Shown one piece after another: positions 60,218 to 64,000 of a DNA stretch of 64,000 bases. Below the pieces are notes generated by a model. That model had not been told where the DNA came from. It made no database searches and saw only the letters and a program-made list of their open reading frames with translations. Both the position numbers and the translations under genes were made by a program. Source of the stretch: Rikenellaceae bacterium (lineage in GTDB: Bacteria; Bacteroidota; Bacteroidia; Bacteroidales; Rikenellaceae); contig JAWXTM010000002.1 of assembly GCA_044433505.1 (NCBI GenBank), forward strand, positions 7,070 through 71,069, written 5' to 3'. The number at the start of each line of letters is the position of its first letter. Position 1 is the first letter of the stretch.

Positions 60218-60534
60218 GAGCACAAGATATATTAGAGAAACAAAAGGAGATTGTTGCTGCATTAAAGGGTGTTTTTGACCCTGAGATACCAGTAAATATT
60301 TATGACCTTGGGCTTATTTATGATATTGATTATGAGCCAAGTGGAATGGTGCATATTGAGATGACGCTCACTGCGCCAAATTGTCCGATGGCCGATCAGT
60401 TACTCGAGGATGTAAAGAGTGCGGCTAGTGGAGTTGAGGGTGTTAGTGAGGTTGAGGTGACGTTGGTATTTGAGCCAGTGTGGGATAAGTCTAAGATGAG
60501 CGAGGAGGCACTATTAGAGTTGGGGATGTTTTAG
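60214..60534 (+). CDS. DUF59/MIP18-family Fe-S assembly protein (SufT-like)
   Basis: DPEIPVNIYDLGLIY, LTAPNCPMA. ATGA overlap with sufE. Confidence 0.8.
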   Translation: MRAQDILEKQKEIVAALKGVFDPEIPVNIYDLGLIYDIDYEPSGMVHIEMTLTAPNCPMADQLLEDVKSAASGVEGVSEVEVTLVFEPVWDKSKMSEEALLELGMF

Positions 60535-60537
60535 CTT

Positions 60538-60582
60538 GTTATAGCTTGTATTATTTTAGTTCGTAATAATACAAGCTATAAC
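60538..60582. repeat. family-1 minimal 45-nt hairpin
   Basis: GTTATAGCTTGTATTATT-TTAGTTCG-TAATAATACAAGCTATAAC, starting 4 nt after the stop of the DUF59 gene. Confidence 0.85.
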
Positions 60583-60668
60583 GCAATGCTCTAGCACAAA
60601 TACGCTAATAATCTGTACAAAGTTGTAAAAAAAAATGACAGAATATCGCCTAACTAATTTCTTTTTAT

Positions 60669-60676
60669 TATCTTTG
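60669..60676 (+). promoter_or_regulatory. -7 box TATCTTTG (DUF349-pyrG)
   Basis: 33 nt upstream of the ATG at 60709. Confidence 0.55.
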
Positions 60677-60708
60677 TCCTTTAACTGTACTAATAAGCAG
60701 GCAACGAA

Positions 60709-62541
60709 ATGGAAAATTTAGAACAAAATTTAGAAGAACAAGTAACTCAAACCCAAGATGTTGAGCAAACTACAGCAGAGCAAACTCCCGAAAAGGTGGA
60801 AGCGGAAACTGCCCCTGTAACTGAGGAAACTCAAGCGGAAACTGCCCAAAAAAATCTTGCGGAAATGAATCTGGAAGAGCTGACAGCTCAACTCGCTAGC
60901 GATATTGAAAATCGCCCTATCACTGAACTTAAAGAAAGAGTCGAAGAAATTAAAGTAGTCTTCTACAAAAAGATTAAAGCCGCTGACGAAAAGGATAAAG
61001 TCCTATTTGTGCTCAACGGTGGCATCGAAGATGAGTTTAAGGCCGAAGTGCGCCCAGAAGAAGTTAGATTCAAAGAACTACTTGCCCTTTACCGTGATAA
61101 TCGCAACAAGGTAATTGCCCAAAGCGAAGAACAAAAAGAGGAAAACTATAAAGCTAAACTCCAAATCGTTGAAGAACTCAAGGCTCTTGTAAACTCTAGC
61201 GAAACTATGGGAGCTACATTCGCTGCCTTTAAAGCTCTGCAAGAGAGATGGAGAGAAATTGGTGCTGTGCCACTAGGGGTTACTAAAGACCTGTGGGAAA
61301 CATATCACCACCATACCGAAAACTTCTATAACTACGTGAAAATCAATCGTGAACTGCGTGACCTTGACCTAAAACGTAACTACGAAGTGAAACTTGCTAT
61401 TTGCGAAAAGGCTGAGGCTTTGTCGCAATTACAATCGGCCGTTACTGCTTTCAATGAACTTCAGAAACTTCACGAAGAGTATAGAGAATCGGGCCCTGTT
61501 GCTCTTGAGGTTAAAGAGGAGCTGTGGGAAAGATTTAAAGTGGCAAGCTCGGTTGTGAACAAACGCCACCAAGAACACTACGACTCGTTGCGTGCTGCTC
61601 AAGAGGAAAACCTTGAAAAGAAAGCTGCAATTTGTAGTGCTATCGAAGAGATGGTCGAAAGTGTACCTGCTTCGGCTAAGGGCTGGAACGAAATGCAAGA
61701 GAAAATCACTGCATTCCAAGCTGAATGGAAAACTATCGGGTTTGCTCCAAAGAAAGATAATACCGCTATTTACGAAAGATTTAGAGCGGCGTGCGATAAA
61801 TTCTTTGCTGCCAAGAGAGAGTTCTTTAACTCGATGAAGGGCGATATGCAGACTAACCTTGACAAAAAGACAGCACTGTGCGAAAAGGCCGAAGAACTTA
61901 GCCTTTCGGAAGATTATAAAGATGCTACTGAACAAATCATTGCTCTACAAAAAGAGTGGAAGACAGTAGGGGTTGTGCCTCGTAAGTACTCTGACGCACT
62001 GTGGATTAGATTCCGTGCAGCGTGCGATAAGTTCTTTGAGCGCAAGGGTGAGCACTTTAAAGATGCTAACTCTAGTTATGCGCAGAACCTCGTTGCTAAA
62101 CAAGCAATTATCGAGGAACTTCGTGCACTTTATGGTACCGAGGAACTTTCATTCGATAAGCTAAAAGAGGTGATGGGTCGCTTTAGTGCAATAGGTTTTG
62201 TTGCAAATTCCAAGAAAGATGCCCTTATGAAAGAGTACAAAGAGGTGTGTGATACGCTCTTTAACTCACTTCGCAAGAGAGAGGGTAGCGAACAAATCGA
62301 ACGCTATCGCCAAAGATTCTCTGGTGCGGCTAAAGAGGGTGGCGCAGCGAACTCTGAAAGAGATAAGCTCTACACTCGCCTACGTAACTTGGAGGCAGAG
62401 GCTCGTCAGTTGAATAACAATATTGGTTTCTTTGCAAATTCGAAGGGTGTGAACCCATTGAAGCAAGAAGTGGAGCGCAAAATCGAAAAGATTAATAGTG
62501 AGATTGCACAAGTGAAAGAGAAGATTAAGATTGTAGAATAA
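60709..62541 (+). CDS. DUF349 repeat protein
   Basis: Acidic N-terminus, then at least 4 repeats of the W(K/R)xxGxxP...LWxRFxxAxDxFF pattern. Confidence 0.8.
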   Translation: MENLEQNLEEQVTQTQDVEQTTAEQTPEKVEAETAPVTEETQAETAQKNLAEMNLEELTAQLASDIENRPITELKERVEEIKVVFYKKIKAADEKDKVLFVLNGGIEDEFKAEVRPEEVRFKELLALYRDNRNKVIAQSEEQKEENYKAKLQIVEELKALVNSSETMGATFAAFKALQERWREIGAVPLGVTKDLWETYHHHTENFYNYVKINRELRDLDLKRNYEVKLAICEKAEALSQLQSAVTAFNELQKLHEEYRESGPVALEVKEELWERFKVASSVVNKRHQEHYDSLRAAQEENLEKKAAICSAIEEMVESVPASAKGWNEMQEKITAFQAEWKTIGFAPKKDNTAIYERFRAACDKFFAAKREFFNSMKGDMQTNLDKKTALCEKAEELSLSEDYKDATEQIIALQKEWKTVGVVPRKYSDALWIRFRAACDKFFERKGEHFKDANSSYAQNLVAKQAIIEELRALYGTEELSFDKLKEVMGRFSAIGFVANSKKDALMKEYKEVCDTLFNSLRKREGSEQIERYRQRFSGAAKEGGAANSERDKLYTRLRNLEAEARQLNNNIGFFANSKGVNPLKQEVERKIEKINSEIAQVKEKIKIVE

Positions 62542-62547
62542 ACATAG

Positions 62548-64000
<1,453 letters not shown>

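Noticed and set aside
61429-61935. A 168-aa minus-strand ORF.
   Set aside because: It is antisense to the DUF349 repeat gene, so it is a shadow ORF.

Overview
The window is a gene-dense, mostly housekeeping chromosomal segment from a Bacteroidota (Bacteroidales-like) genome. Evidence for that placement: TAnnTTTG -7 promoter boxes upstream of many genes, the conserved uppS-bamA-skp-murI block, a futalosine-pathway mqnA, and lipoproteins with acidic residues right after the lipobox Cys. I call 45 CDS, two of which run off the window edges. They include an NtrC-type regulator, rnr, lepA, dnaN, ruvB, dnaX, ileS, pckA, murD, waaA, uppS, bamA, skp, murI, ftsK, gpmI, mraY, an aspartokinase fusion, corA, mqnA, lipA, lipB, recJ, a class B PBP, a GH3 glucosidase, sufE and pyrG. 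I saw no rRNA, tRNA, CRISPR array, transposase or integrase. The one clearly accessory region is about 1-14.4 kb. It holds a NosR/NapH-like flavoprotein plus nitroreductase, a TonB receptor/HMA metal cluster, and four tandem predicted surface lipoproteins of unknown function. The most unusual signals are non-coding. (1) A modular palindromic repeat family (core GTTATAGCTTGTAGTATTACAGACTAAA) sits at 7 intergenic loci; at 6.3-6.8 kb and 45.2-45.6 kb it carries a conserved multi-hairpin module with a GNRA loop and strand-specific G-U pairs. (2) A second inverted-repeat element (ends GGGGACTTCTAAAAACT) has two ~204-bp homologous copies and shorter derivatives, several of them between a promoter and a start codon. 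Other points worth a second look are an A9 slippery run in dnaX with stops close by in both alternative frames, an apparently degenerate homoserine-dehydrogenase domain, an apparently catalytically dead alkaline-phosphatase-fold protein directly following a PBP gene, and dcw-cluster genes scattered across the window. Product calls rest on motifs read by eye from the translations; no database search was run.
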